Positions 25,133-37,945 of a stretch of DNA of 64,000 nt are shown here, in pieces. The position numbers were made by a program, and so were the translations under genes. Positions within the stretch are counted from its first letter, which is position 1. Every line of letters starts with the position of its first letter. Source of the DNA: Octopus sinensis (taxonomy: Eukaryota). A model generated the notes under the pieces. That model did not search any database, was not told the DNA's origin, and saw only the letters and a program-made list of their open reading frames with translations. The stretch is taken from positions 30,566,001 to 30,630,000 of the forward strand of contig NC_043014.1 of the NCBI RefSeq assembly GCF_006345805.1. Direction: 5' to 3'.

Positions 25133-25439
25133 CCCATGCCAGCAAGGACAATGGGCATTAAATGATGATATATGTATATAAACATATGTCATATATTTAC
25201 ATAAATTTGTCCCCTTCCTGCCTCTAGCCCTCACCAGTTCCCACACAATGTAATATTTTACCATGGCTGAACATGTTTCTACGAATGACTGGAAACAAGT
25301 ACCACCTTCTGTATCATGTGATACTCATTTATAACCATCAGGCAATTGGTGGTGGCATCATTTGCTTCTTCATCATCACCAGCATGACCATTTTGACTGT
25401 ATGTAATTATATATAAAGTAATGTATATATCACAGTATC

Positions 25440-25800
25440 ATCATCATCATCGTCATCATCTTCAACATTAATTTTCCCATGTTTGCATGTGTAGGACAGA
25501 ATTTGTTGAAGTGGATTTTCTGTGGTCAGATGCCCTTCTTGTCACCAACCCTCACTTGTTATCAAGACGTGTTCTCATAGAATAATAGTAACAAAGGACA
25601 CTGCTTGCATGAAGGTGACATTCATTTACAGCTATCATGCAATTCAAAACAGGGAGACAACACACACCAAATCCATTTACAAGGCTTTTGCTGACTTGGA
25701 GCTATGTTAGAAGGCACTTGTCCAAGATGCCACACAGTGGGACTGAACCTCAAACTGTGTTGTTGGGAAGCAAACTTCTTATCACACAGCCATGCCTACA
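25440..25800 (-). mobile_element. SINE with family A head and RTE-type tail
   Basis: Head at 25670-25800; tail ggttggtgacagaagggcatc...gttgaagatgatgacgatgatg. Confidence 0.65.
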
Positions 25801-26220
25801 TATATGTGAGTTTATTTATGTATATATGGTTATACTTGGGAATGGCCATTTGTTGCCATAGTGAATGTATTACTCTGTAGGGCAGGGTGTTGCATGTATA
25901 AGTACAGATGACTCGTTTTATTCACGTTAGGTCACAGATGAATATTCTTTGCCGTTAACAATTGTGCTTCAGCAGCTTGCAGTACAATCAGCTTTTTGCC
26001 TTATTTCTAATGAATGACAATGTATATGTTTAGAAAGGGTGAAAATACAGAGGCATAGCAGTGTGAATCATTAAATATTTAATAAATACATTTTAATTAA
26101 GCCATTAAAAAAATCGTTAGTGTCTGTTATCTGATCATATTAACCTTCATTGACATTCCTCGGACATACTTCAAATAACAGATTTATTTGTGTGTGTGTG
26201 TATAAATTATGTATGTCTGT

Positions 26221-26274
<54 letters not shown>

Positions 26275-26454
26275 AACATATGCACATATGCTTGTGTGTG
26301 TATATATACACATACAAATATACACATTTAGGTTTGCAAACAGGAGGAAATTTACTCAACGTAAGTAGCAGAGTTTATTTATTCATCCAAAGAACTTATT
26401 CATTCACTCCATGATGAGCATTCCTCCACTGTCACATGAATAAAATATACATAC

Positions 26455-26858
26455 AAGAAAGAGAATTGGAGTGAATCATCCCAGTTGTATAAAGATGTGT
26501 CAATCACTTAAAATGCAGGGATGTTGTGGAAGAGGGAGACCCAGGAAGACATGGGACAAAGTATTGAGAGCCAATCTCAAAATGCTGAAACCTTACAAAG
26601 GAGATGACAGGATTGAGATATGTGGCACAAAGCTCTACTTGAGAAGACCTGTCCACCAAAATAGAGTTGAGATACTAAAACCAAGATGCCACATAAAAAG
26701 CACCCAGTACACTCTGTGGAGTGGTTGGTGTTAGGAAGAGCATCTAGCCATAGAAACCACGCCAAAACAGACTATGGAACCCGGTGTGGACCCTGCCCCT
26801 ACCAGTTCCTGTCAAGTCATCCAACCCATGCCAACATAGAAAATAGATGGTGATGATG
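26455..26858 (+). mobile_element. RTE LINE 3' fragment
   Basis: CQSLKMQGCCGRGRPRKTWDKVLRANLK followed by the RTE 3'UTR and (GAT)n. Confidence 0.82.
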
Positions 26859-26879
26859 TTTTATATATATATACGTATA

Positions 26880-27500
26880 TATATAATGTTAATTGATGTA
26901 AAAATTCCACTAGTTATTAAGACAATGAGCTGACACTACTATCATTACACAACACTAATAATTTCTTTATGCTGTTGATTGTTTCATATATATCAAAATA
27001 AGCAACAGGATATCAAGAGGTGATACAGTAAAACCATTTCAAGTGGCTCCATTTAATTGAACAATGCAATCATTAGTAGGATTAATATTAATAGTGATAT
27101 TAATAATAATAATCATGTGAATATCAATAATACTAATAACAGTAATTCTCCTAATTACAATTGTAGAGTTAAATCCCACCGTCCGTTATTAGGCCGATGT
27201 CTAACCCAAAACATAATCTATAAGTGTACAATCACAACTGTAGCTGGTTACTTTATATATATATATAGGATGTTCAATAAATATCAAAAAACGTATTGAT
27301 GACTATTTTTTATCTTTTAGGCTCAAACATAAGGTCGATTGTACGTCCTTATCTAGCAAGATTTGGGAACTGAAGGAAAGCGGAATCGAATTTAGCCTTA
27401 AATGGGATATTATAAGGAAAGCGCAACCTTATAGAGATAGTTGATACAGGTGCGAGCTATGCTCTATGGAAACTTATGAGATTACATTTTCACTCACCCT
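26880..27500 (+). mobile_element. Penelope-like element remnant (Asn-rich linker plus GIY-YIG)
   Basis: NCRVKSHRPLLGRCLTQNIIYKCTI...YFIYI, KKRIDDYFLSFRLKHKVDCTSLSSKIWELKESGIEFSLKWDIIRKAQPYRDS*YRCELCSMETYEI. Confidence 0.82.
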
Positions 27501-28043
27501 GTATGTATATATATATATATATATAATAAAAGCCATAAGTCTTGTGAAATACAGCAACTTAGGTTTATTTGGCTAAAACATTAATTTATTTCACCATTTT
27601 TCAAGCTGAGAGCAAGAACATTAGTCAGTTGCTTTTTTAAGCAGGGAACACTCATAAGGAAGAAGACAAATAGCAAATAGAAAAACAACTGTGTGTGTGT
27701 GTATAAAACTATGTATATATGTATTTATGTATGTGTGTGTATATTATAATTTATATGCATGTACATCATAATAAAATAACATTGTTAGTGTTCGCTGAAA
27801 TGGTAAAATTACAGTTTAGGCATTGTTTTCTAATAACATGTTCTTAGTGTAATCATTAACTACTTAAATGAAACAGGTTTGGTTTTAATTCAAAGTTGGA
27901 ATTTCAAACACTGCACACTTGTCAAAAACAGAAATAAAAGAAATAAATAATTTTTTTAAATGATTTTGCAGATAGCAATTATAATTCAAACAAAACTAAA
28001 TTTCTATGAGTCTAAAAACCTGACCTGACATTTTTCTCCATAC

Positions 28044-28055
28044 CTGAAACTTGAT
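28044..28055 (-). CDS. Candidate 12-nt microexon of the AMPD gene
   Basis: Long poly-T tract with TGC motifs, then tttttgacag|ATCAAGTTTCAG|gtatgg; frame-preserving, no stop (x-SSF-x in phase 2). Confidence 0.6.
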
Positions 28056-28968
28056 CTGTCAAAAATATAAAAAAGCAAAAACAAAAAAAAAAAATAAATA
28101 CAAAATGCACAGAATCTGATCTGAAACTAAAACAAATTATTACAAATTTGTTTTAAATGAAGCCTGTACTAAGCAACAATTAAATAATGTTGCCTGATTA
28201 TGAAATTAAAAAGATAATAGTTTTATATTTTTCCATATATTTCATGTTGCTTTGTTTTTTCATCTTTTATTCTTCCTTTAATTATACATCAGTGAAAAAG
28301 AAAACTAATTAATAAAATTTATAAAATATTTAAATTGTTTAAACTATATTTTGTTGTGATTTGGGTATTTTGGGGAATTTTTATTTTTCCTGGTTTTCTT
28401 TTTATGTTGAAGACCATCAGTATCTTCCCTTGAATTCTTGTTTTTAGTTTCTTTTTTTGTTGTTTCCATTATTGCTTTTTTATTCTTATCCGGGTCAAGT
28501 CCGATTGAATAAACCTATAATCAAACGCCTTTTGGTCTTGTCCTCCCTTATTTTGTTCTTATACAGAATTAATTAATTAATTAATTCTCACACAGTGTGT
28601 TTATGTTATGGAATGTATTGATCAATTGATTTCATTTTATAACACAATTTCAAAATAACAACACCATTAATTATAGGTTTCCAATGAACCAATCACTGGC
28701 TCACAACATTTCTGACAGCGATAGTAACAAGGGAGAGTCTATAAGCCAGTGCACAAGACTCTGTTCTTACAAAAGATTTCATTCAAAGAGTACTGGTTCT
28801 TCACTGAGTTTTCTATCCTACACTGACCTACCTTGTTTAAAGATATACATTTACATGCATATATCTTTATCATCATAAACATATATAGTTAATCCAAACA
28901 CGAAAACACAACGTGAGGACGTGGAACAAGCATAGTGTTATTGGATGCTCAGGAAAGGAAGAAAGGAG

Positions 28969-29004
28969 AATTTAACGTTTCAAGCGGAGCTCTTCATCAG
29001 AAAC
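28969..29004 (-). ncRNA. Hammerhead-like minimal motif in a Penelope-type terminal repeat
   Basis: Minus strand: gttt-CTGATGA-agagc-tcc-gctt-GAAA-cgtt-aaat; palindromic AACGTT at helix III; flanking repeat gttaatccaaaca..ggacgtggaa recurs at ~33528. Confidence 0.5.
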
Positions 29005-29255
29005 ATAGGAAGAGGAAAGATCCAAGGAAGGGAAGACGGAGGAAAAAAAAAATCGCCATACACACACATATTTCATATATTTCTAGACGGTCTTTCTTTT
29101 TGCCAAATAAACATACACACTAAAAACTCGTTCTTCACTTCACCATTGTTATTATCCTTATTTTAGTATCCTTTCTCTAAACTCTTTCATCACACATCCT
29201 GTGACCTCTTCAGCAACTCTCCATCCCACACGTCTCCTGTTTGTTTAGTTCACAT

Positions 29256-29300
<45 letters not shown>

Positions 29301-29514
29301 TTTATATATACATACATATATATATACGTACATACACAGAAAGAAACAAGGAGAGAGAAAAATGTGTGTAATGGATACCAATCTATATATATATATATAT
29401 ATATATACAATAATAATAATAATATGAGGGAATATTATTCCAAACTTACAGGGAAAAATTCAATTTAGAAATACTAAATCAAATTTCACAAAATATAATA
29501 TATATATATATATA

Positions 29515-29719
29515 TATATAAATTAGAAAAAAAAAACCACCTCTTATCAATTAGCATTGTGTATATTACTTAACATCAAGGTTTTTAGCATAAATTGCTT
29601 AATGGGTATTAGACTTTATTTGGATGTTTATTAAATATATATATTAATTAATAATTTGATTTAATGTATATAGTTTAAAGTGTTGTATTTAGTTTTCACT
29701 TAATGTATATTTTTTATCT

Positions 29720-29750
<31 letters not shown>

Positions 29751-30145
29751 TATTTTAATTAATTGTATCTTATTTTTTTAACAAGAATATATTTGTTAAA
29801 ATATTTCGTATTTTATAAGATTATTTAAGTATATTTATTAATTTATCTGATTAATTAATTTATTATTGTTGTTATCTTTAACCTGAAGAGTGGCTATATT
29901 TATATTGAAGTGATTTTACTACTACTACTATTATTTTTACTATTATCATTTCTTAAATATAGCCACGAAACATGTGTCGTTATTCTACCAAATATATACG
30001 TCTTATTTATTATCTTGCACATTACTTAATCATAGTTATATGTTTTATCTTATATTTAATCTTTCTATAATATGTAATTTTCTAGATGGTATAATTTAAT
30101 TAATTATTGAATTGATAAGAGGTGGGTTTTTTCTAATTTATAATT
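29515..30145. mobile_element. Inverted-repeat-bounded AT-rich unit (Penelope-derived, non-coding) carrying a hammerhead
   Basis: aattagaaaaaaaaaaccacctcttatcaatt (~29521-29552) and aattgataagaggtgggttttttctaatt (~30110-30138); (TA)n on both sides. Confidence 0.65.
29879..29982 (+). ncRNA. Minimal type-I hammerhead ribozyme, intact core
   Basis: taac-CTGAAGA-gtggctatattta[51-nt loop]taaatatagccac-GAAA-c-atgt-GTC|gtta; perfect 13-bp stem II, 4-bp stem I, GUC triplet, palindromic ACATGT at helix III. Confidence 0.8.
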
Positions 30146-30346
30146 ATATATATATATAATATATATATACATATATATACACACATATATACAACATATA
30201 TATATATCATACACACATATATACAACATATATATATATATTACACACTATATACAACATATATATATATAATATATTATACACACACATATATACAAAC
30301 ATATATATAATATATATATATATATATACAACACATATATACAAAC

Positions 30347-30381
<35 letters not shown>

Positions 30382-30457
30382 TACAAACATATATATATAT
30401 ATATATACACACATATATACAAACATATATATATATATATATACACACATATATACA

Positions 30458-30503
<46 letters not shown>

Positions 30504-30597
30504 ACATATATACAAACATAATATATATATATATTATATATACACACATATATACAAACATATATATATATATATATAATACCACATATATACAAAC

Positions 30598-30629
<32 letters not shown>

Positions 30630-30635
30630 TACAAA

Positions 30636-30668
<33 letters not shown>

Positions 30669-30790
30669 TACAAACATATATATATATATATATACACACA
30701 TATATACAAACATATATATATATATATAATACACCATATATACAAACCTATATAATATATATATATATATATACACACACATATACAAAC

Positions 30791-30825
<35 letters not shown>

Positions 30826-30959
30826 TATACAACATATATATATATATATATACACACATATTACAAACATATATATATATATTATATATATATACACACA
30901 CATATATACAACATATATAATATATATATATATATATATACACACACATATATACAAAC

Positions 30960-30992
<33 letters not shown>

Positions 30993-31277
30993 TATATACA
31001 AACATATATATATATATATATATAATATACACACACATATATACAAACATATATATATAATATATATTATAATATATATATACACCATATATACAAACAT
31101 ATATATATATATATATAGATATATATACACACATATATACAAACATATATATATATATATATATATAATATATAACACACATATATACAAACATATTATA
31201 TATCGATATATATATACACACATATATACAAACATATATATATTATATATAATATACACACACACATATATACAAAC

Positions 31278-31314
<37 letters not shown>

Positions 31315-31673
31315 TATATACAAACATATATATATATACACACACATATAAACATATATATATACACACATATAACATATATATATAATATATATATATA
31401 TATAACACATATAAACATATATATATATATACACACAATATATACAACAATATATAGTATACACACATATATACAAACTATAAACATATATATATATATA
31501 TACACACATATATACAAACATATATATATACACACATATATACAAACATATATATATACACACACATATATATATAACACCATATATATATATATACACA
31601 CATATATACAAACATATATATATATACACACATATATACAAACATATATATATATACACACATATATACAAAC

Positions 31674-31716
<43 letters not shown>

Positions 31717-31749
31717 TTATATACCAACATCTATATAATATATAGATAG

Positions 31750-31780
<31 letters not shown>

Positions 31781-31885
31781 TACAAACATATATATATACA
31801 CATATATATACATACATATATATATATACACATATATATACATACATACATATATATATACATACATATACATATACATACATGT
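30146..31885. repeat. ~1.7-kb compound minisatellite, unit (TA)n-CACACATATATACAAACA
   Basis: Dozens of ~30-40-bp units with variable TA length. Confidence 0.95.
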
Positions 31886-32392
31886 GACCATGCCGATGCA
31901 CCACTGTTTTGCTACACTGTTATTACTAAAAGCCTCCTCTAATATGTGGCATTTGGTGAAGATTGGAGTTTGATATAGCTACCCTCATTTGCACCTCTTG
32001 CTGTGAGGTAGCTTCATCTGGGACTCTCGACAGGAAGAGGTCCAGCTTTGATTTAAAAACCCCTACATCTACTTTGTGCAAGTTCCTCAGACTCTTTGGG
32101 AGAATATTAAAAAGTTGTCAGCCCTTGAAACCCAGGCTGTTGCAGTAACTGGTCCTGAAGCGTGATGGCTTTGCTGGGATCTTTGGCACTATGTAGTGTC
32201 ATCCTGTTCTGGCATTGGTGTAGCTTTCAATGCCAAAATTTGGCACAATTCCTTCCAGGATCTCCCAGATATATATTACTGCATACCTCTCCCATCTTCT
32301 CTCCAGGGTGTAGAGTCTTAGCTGTTTCAACCTTTCCCAGTAGCTGAGCTGTTGCAATGAGACGATCTTCTTTGTGAATCTTCTCTGTGCAC
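31883..32392 (-). mobile_element. CR1-like LINE 3' fragment (related to 8070-9400)
   Basis: QRRFTKKIVSLQQLSYWERLKQLRLYTLERRWERYAVIYIWEILEGIVPN...FKSKLDLFL; ends ggtgcatcggcatggtcaca. Confidence 0.88.
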
Positions 32393-32464
32393 TATTTTTA
32401 GGGGTTAAGCTTTCTCTCTTATCTCCCCTTGGCCAATCTAGATATGTCTGTGGTTCAGTAATGC

Positions 32465-32590
32465 AGTTTATAATAATAATAATAATAATGAAATTATTGT
32501 ATACAGTGATCAGGTGCACCGTATCTGAATGAAGCTTCTCAGGAGTATACCTGACTGAAAGTTGAATGCTACAGTCACCACATTTGTTGA
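32465..32590 (-). mobile_element. Short CR1-like 3' terminus
   Basis: ggtgcacctgatcactgtatacaat plus (ATT)n, similar to the 3'UTR at 750-780. Confidence 0.6.
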
Positions 32591-33319
32591 TGGGTATGTG
32601 CACAAATATGTGTCTGTGTGCATGTGTGCAAATGTGTGCGCGCAAATATATGAATGTGCAAATGTGTGTGTGTGTACATGCACATGTATATGTGGGTACA
32701 CATGCGTGCTCTTTAGTCTATCTGCACTAATCTGGTGTTTTGTATTCAGATGGAAGTGCTATGAATTTATGAAGGAATGTACTCATGGAATGCAATAGCC
32801 TAAAGGAAGCTTTGATAAATACATACCTCTTAAAGTGACACACATTTGAGATGCATGGAAAGGTGCTGTTTTTTAGACTAGGTTAACTCGCATGAATATG
32901 ACAAGGGCAGATGTTACAAAAATTGTACTAACAGAGTTGATGACTTGCACACATGCACGCATACATACACATCCACAGACAAACATATACACATATATAA
33001 AGAACCATATTTATGGGATGCTACATCTTGGACTATATCCAAAAGAAGGCCTTCAACAGACTCAGTAGCCAACAGTCTTCAACTTCAAGCTAAATACAAG
33101 CGATGCCTTTTCTTCTCTCTTTCCCTCAGAAGGGCTGCTGATCTTCTGAACTAGCTATCTCTGCACACTCTCACTCTATCAAAACTCAACCATCTTTTCT
33201 CATGTCACCCCACCCCAACCCACTTAGTGTTCTGGATCCAGTATTACCAACTTTCCTTCTGACAACTGCAATTTCAGGAGAGAATTCTTCTTGGGGTCAC
33301 TAACAGGCTCTCGACATCC

Positions 33320-33755
33320 TTTTATCGTTTACTTGTTTTAGTCATAGGAGTGCAGCCATGATGGAGGAGGGGACCACCTTGAAGTATTTAGTCAAATAAA
33401 GCCTAGTACTCATTCTATCAGTCTCTTATGCCAAACTGCTAAGTTACAGGAATGCAAACAACCCAACACTGGTTATCAAACAGTGGGTCGGGGAACAAAC
33501 ACAGTCACAAACATATATATATATAAAGTTAATCCAAACAAGAAAACAAAAACAACGCAAGGACGTGGAATATACATACACACACATACATATATACACA
33601 TACATACATATATCAGGCCAGCATGGCAAAAATGATCGTTAAATGAGGATATATATATAAACAATGAGCATCTTGGCTCTTCTTTAAGTTATCATCTATC
33701 AAATCCACTCAAGGCTTTGGTTGCCATGAGGCTATAGCAGATGCTTGCCTAAGGT
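33320..33755 (-). mobile_element. SINE family A, diverged and interrupted
   Basis: Tail at 33320-33510 and head fragment at 33675-33755. Confidence 0.65.
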
Positions 33756-33938
33756 GTAAGGTATTCTTAACTCACCGGTCTCTTCTCGATTTGTCACCAA
33801 TATTGTACCCCCAACTCCACCAACCCTTCCTCTTTTTCACACAAAACACTACACCCAATTCTCTCCTATCAAAAATTCCAGCCCTAGACAATTTTTTTCT
33901 GCAGCCATTTTTCACAGAAGTAGAATCATGTTGAAAGA

Positions 33939-34167
33939 TTAACTCTTTCGTTACTATATTTATTTTGAGATGTTCTGTGTTTCTTTCAATTACATTAAAT
34001 ATAACAAAGAATTTAGTAAAATTACTTAGTTATCATTAAGCTAGTGTTAAGAACATTGAATCGTGACTAAGGTTTGGTGGAAAATTTTAACTCAAAACTT
34101 ATGAAAACAAGACATTTGTACTCAGAGCCAGAGCCGGTTTCAACCGGGTTGGTAACGAAAGGGATAA
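33939..34167 (+). mobile_element. piggyBac-type MITE (family C, TTAA|CCCTTTCGTTACC)
   Basis: TIR ttaactctttcgttac / gtaacgaaagggataa; body shared with copies at 40686, 45669 and 59451. Confidence 0.82.
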
Positions 34168-34749
34168 GAATTAACAGAGACATCAGTGAAGTGATTATTA
34201 CAAAAACTGAGGAATTTCTAAGTTTGTACTTTATAGTTCAGTGCTTTGCACCAGTTCAGCCATCCGTACATGCATCCATGCATCTAGCCAGTCAGCCAGC
34301 TACAATACAAACGTTTGTTGTAGAGCAATTTAGTGCTCCAGCATAGCTTTAGCTGTGTTGGTTATAACCAGGCTATAAAACTAAAAAAAGAACTAGGAAA
34401 GTAAGTGGTTAAAACAAACACAAAAGGAAAAGGAAAACATAAAAACCAGTTGCATTACTATATTCCTTAATAATGTGTTTGAAAGAGTCATACATTTATC
34501 TTCTCCAGCTATAAGTAAATATAATATATATATATATATATTTATTTATTTATGAATTCATATATGCGTGTGTATGTATTTATGAATTCATATATATATG
34601 AATTGAATTCAAGTTTTGAATGGCATACATAAGTTAAACCAACCTGAATTACGATCAGAGAAATTCTAGAAAGCTAAGAAAGAAAAATAACATTCTAAAT
34701 ATCAAAGAGTTCTATTTGAAATTTTTTATATTGGTTATAATTGAATTAC

Positions 34750-34776
34750 ATTGTTCTGTAGGATTTTGTTATATTT
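34750..34776 (-). CDS. Candidate 27-nt microexon of the AMPD gene
   Basis: ttgcatattttccag|AAATATAACAAAATCCTACAGAACAAT|gtaatt; open in phase 2 (R-NITKSYRT-I/M); upstream pyrimidine tract and two TGCATG motifs. Confidence 0.45.
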
Positions 34777-35014
34777 CTGGAAAATATGCAACGGAAGCAC
34801 AGCTTACTGAATCATAAACATTGCATATAAGAAGAATTTGTGCACAGCATTCAATTTAAGAAAAGAAAAAGAAAGAACAGGAAGATTTCAAGATATGCTT
34901 ACAAAAGCCATGCAGTAAGAAGCTTACCATTAGCATGCAAACAATGAACAGAAATAGAGTAAAAGTTGACTGCATCTGTGTGACAAAATGTATATTTAAT
35001 TTTGTTTAAAAACA

Positions 35015-35060
<46 letters not shown>

Positions 35061-35190
35061 GTAATAATGATGATGATGATGATGATGATGACGATGATGA
35101 TTTCTTTTATTTGCCACCAGGGTGATGGCTGAGGGGAAAAATACAAAAACAGACATAAAGTGTGGGTGTTTACATATAAGGAAATATTAA

Positions 35191-35992
35191 CCCCTTAATG
35201 GATCAATTATTTTGACATGGTGTTTCATTTCAGAGCATATTTTTTAATTTCGTTTTTTAATTATATACACTGTGTTTATTACAAAAAAAAAAGTTTTTTA
35301 TCTTGTTTCCTTTATGTTTTTAGATAGAAATTAAAATGTACTTTTACTCATTTGGATTTAAACGAGTTAACTCAGACATTGAAAAAATATATAAACTTAA
35401 CTATCTTTGATTTTTTATAAGATGTATTGCTTTTAAATTAAAGGAAAAGATAGTTTATTTAGAATGATAATTTTTAAAACAAGGAGTTACAAAGTTATCT
35501 TGCAGACATCACATGTGTATCTGCTTTCTCTTCGAATCTTCTTTCCTTTAGCGTCTCTCTTTTGCACACTGTCTTGTAGGGTTCTTTTTCTTATCACTTA
35601 GTGGTATTTCCATGGGAAAGTGACCAGCTGGAGTAAATCTTGTTGGATGTGGGACCGATGATGGTCTTCTTAGTTTCATGGGAGGCAATACGAGCCTATA
35701 TTTATCAATAATCTTGGTGATTATTTGCATTCTAAATTTCAGCGGTTTCATAGCAGAAGCTGAAGTTTCCAAAGATGCTTTATACAAAACATAAGCATTC
35801 CAGATAGCCAAATCCATTAAATGAAAGAATACCTATTTTTTTTAAACAAAGCAAAAATGAAAAGACACAAAACAAATAAACTCGTTTGAGTGCTAAAATT
35901 AAAAGTTAATTTTGACTGAGTATACTCGTCATCTGGTTCTAAAAAGATACATTTGCAATGCACGAGTAAACTTGGGATAATCCATTAAGGGG
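35191..35992 (-). mobile_element. Internally deleted piggyBac (PGBD4-like) element
   Basis: TTAA TSD on both sides; perfect TIR ccccttaatgga/tccattaagggg; C-terminal transposase FFHLMDLAIWNAYVLYK..HFPMEIP..NPTRQC..RESRYTCDVC..PCFKNYH. Confidence 0.92.
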
Positions 35993-36014
35993 TTAAAAGA
36001 AACTTATGAAGTAC

Positions 36015-36176
36015 ACACATTCTGAGTTCAAATTGCAACTAGTTCAACTTTGCCTTTCATCCTTTGAGGGTTGATGAGTATCAGTCAAGTACTGGTGTCA
36101 ATGTAATATCCTAGCCACCTCCCACAAAATTTCAAGTCTTCTGCTTATAGTAGAAAGGATTATTATTATTATCATC

Positions 36177-36208
<32 letters not shown>

Positions 36209-36430
36209 TATTAAAATGGTGAGCTGGCAGAATTGTTAGCGCACTGGGCAAAATGCTTAGTGCCATTTCATCCTTCCTTATGTTCTGAGTTCAAATTCCA
36301 CCAAGATTGACTTTACCTGTTATCCTTTCAGGGTGGATAAAATAAATACCAATTGAACACTGGGGTCAATGTAATGGACTAGCCCCCTTCCCAAAAATTT
36401 CAGGCCTTGTGCCTATAGTAGAAAGAATTA
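36015..36430 (+). mobile_element. Two tandem SINE family D copies (one partial, one full)
   Basis: ttctgagttcaaatt...ctttgcctttcatcc twice, each ending tagtagaaag followed by (ATT)n. Confidence 0.78.
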
Positions 36431-36747
36431 TTATTATTATTATGATGATGATGATGATGATGATGAAAGCAATGGATTGGCAGAATCATTAGAACACCAA
36501 ATAAAAGTAGCCCTATCATAGTAGTGATACCATATGCAAGGCCAGCTAAACAGCCTATAGACCCCTCAGGCCAAGCAACGCACTGGTCCCCAACATACCC
36601 AAGCACAGCATACATAGGTTAGCATTAGGCCCCTACACTCATGGAGCACCAGGACAGCTACCCAGTGTGCCCATGCCCCAAAACAACAGTGATAATAGGA
36701 AGAGATATAGCTCAATAGTATTTGTTAAAATCATTCTTATTAACACC

Positions 36748-36783
<36 letters not shown>

Positions 36784-37359
36784 TACACTTTTTGGTTCCT
36801 CCTGGCCTAACTTGTCTTGTTATTTAGTCCCAAATCAGTCTTCACCAAACAAACTTGTTACTAAAGGCATTCCATATATGACCACCACCTTTTTTGTATA
36901 TCCAGGACTACACTGTTCAATATGTCCTTCCATTTAAGATAACAGAGTGTGATTTAAGGGAGATTGACTGCTATTTCTTATCAGATCAAACGATCCTGTA
37001 CAGCCCCCTTCACTAACCTGCCCTACTTCTCTTTGTATTAGGTACTATATTTCCGGTATCTTCCCCTTGGGAGAGAAAAGTAGAATAATGTAGTTTGATT
37101 TGTTTTTCAGACTTAATTAAAAATTAGCAGAATTATGCATAATAAAAGCTAAATTACATTTATGTCTTTGTTTTGCAAGATTCCTCAGGTGAAATCATAT
37201 GTTGAAATAGATATGGTTATATTTGGATTTGGGGATGGCTATATTTTGCCAACTAAACACATGCGCCATATATTTGGTCTTCACTTCAGCTTTATTGTTA
37301 TTCTTATTTTAGTATGCTTTGTCTGGAAATCTTTTGTCACACATTCTGTGACCTCTTCA

Positions 37360-37945
37360 CCAACTCTCCATCTCATCATGGTGTTTGGAATGATCACTAG
37401 TGATGACGACGTTATGCCTCCATTCATCTTCCCACATGGCCTCAGACTCAACACAGAGGCCTACATCAAGTGCCTGGAGGAGGTAGTGCTGCCCTGGATC
37501 AAGAGGGTGGCTGCTGGAAGACCCTAAGCCTGGCAACAGGACTCTACACCAAGTCACACAGGCAGGAGAACCCAGTCATGGCTGTCAGACAATTTCTGCC
37601 CCCACATCAACCCTAACATCTGATCATCTAACTCCCCAAACTGCAACCCACTTGATTATTATGTGTGGGGCACAGTTGAGCAAGAGACCAACAAAACTCC
37701 AAAGATGAACTGAAGGTAAGTATTGTGGCAGCATTCACCAAATTAAACAAGGAGACCATCCAGAAGAGTTGCAAGACATTCTGGAGGCTGTGGTTAAAGC
37801 CAGTGGCAATTTTATTGAATAAATCTACTCTTTAGTATTTCAAGATATTTTAATGTAATTTTTGTAGATATATCTGTTAAAATGAGATGTCAGTGTTATT
37901 TTCATTTTTGCATAATTTAGATGACAGTTTATTCACCGCACCCTG
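37360..37945 (+). mobile_element. Tc1/mariner (maT-like, DDD) transposon 3' half
   Basis: MVFGMITSDDDVMPPFIFPHGLRLNTEAYIKCLEEVVLPWIK..WQQDSTPSH..NSPNCNPLDYYVWG..LEAVVKASGNFIE*; terminus ...caccctg. Confidence 0.88.

Noticed and set aside
30207-31891. Many long Y/I/C/V/M-rich ORFs (also near 9784, 15384, 40117, 48362)
   Set aside because: Translations of TA/CA microsatellites, which lack stop codons; not genes.
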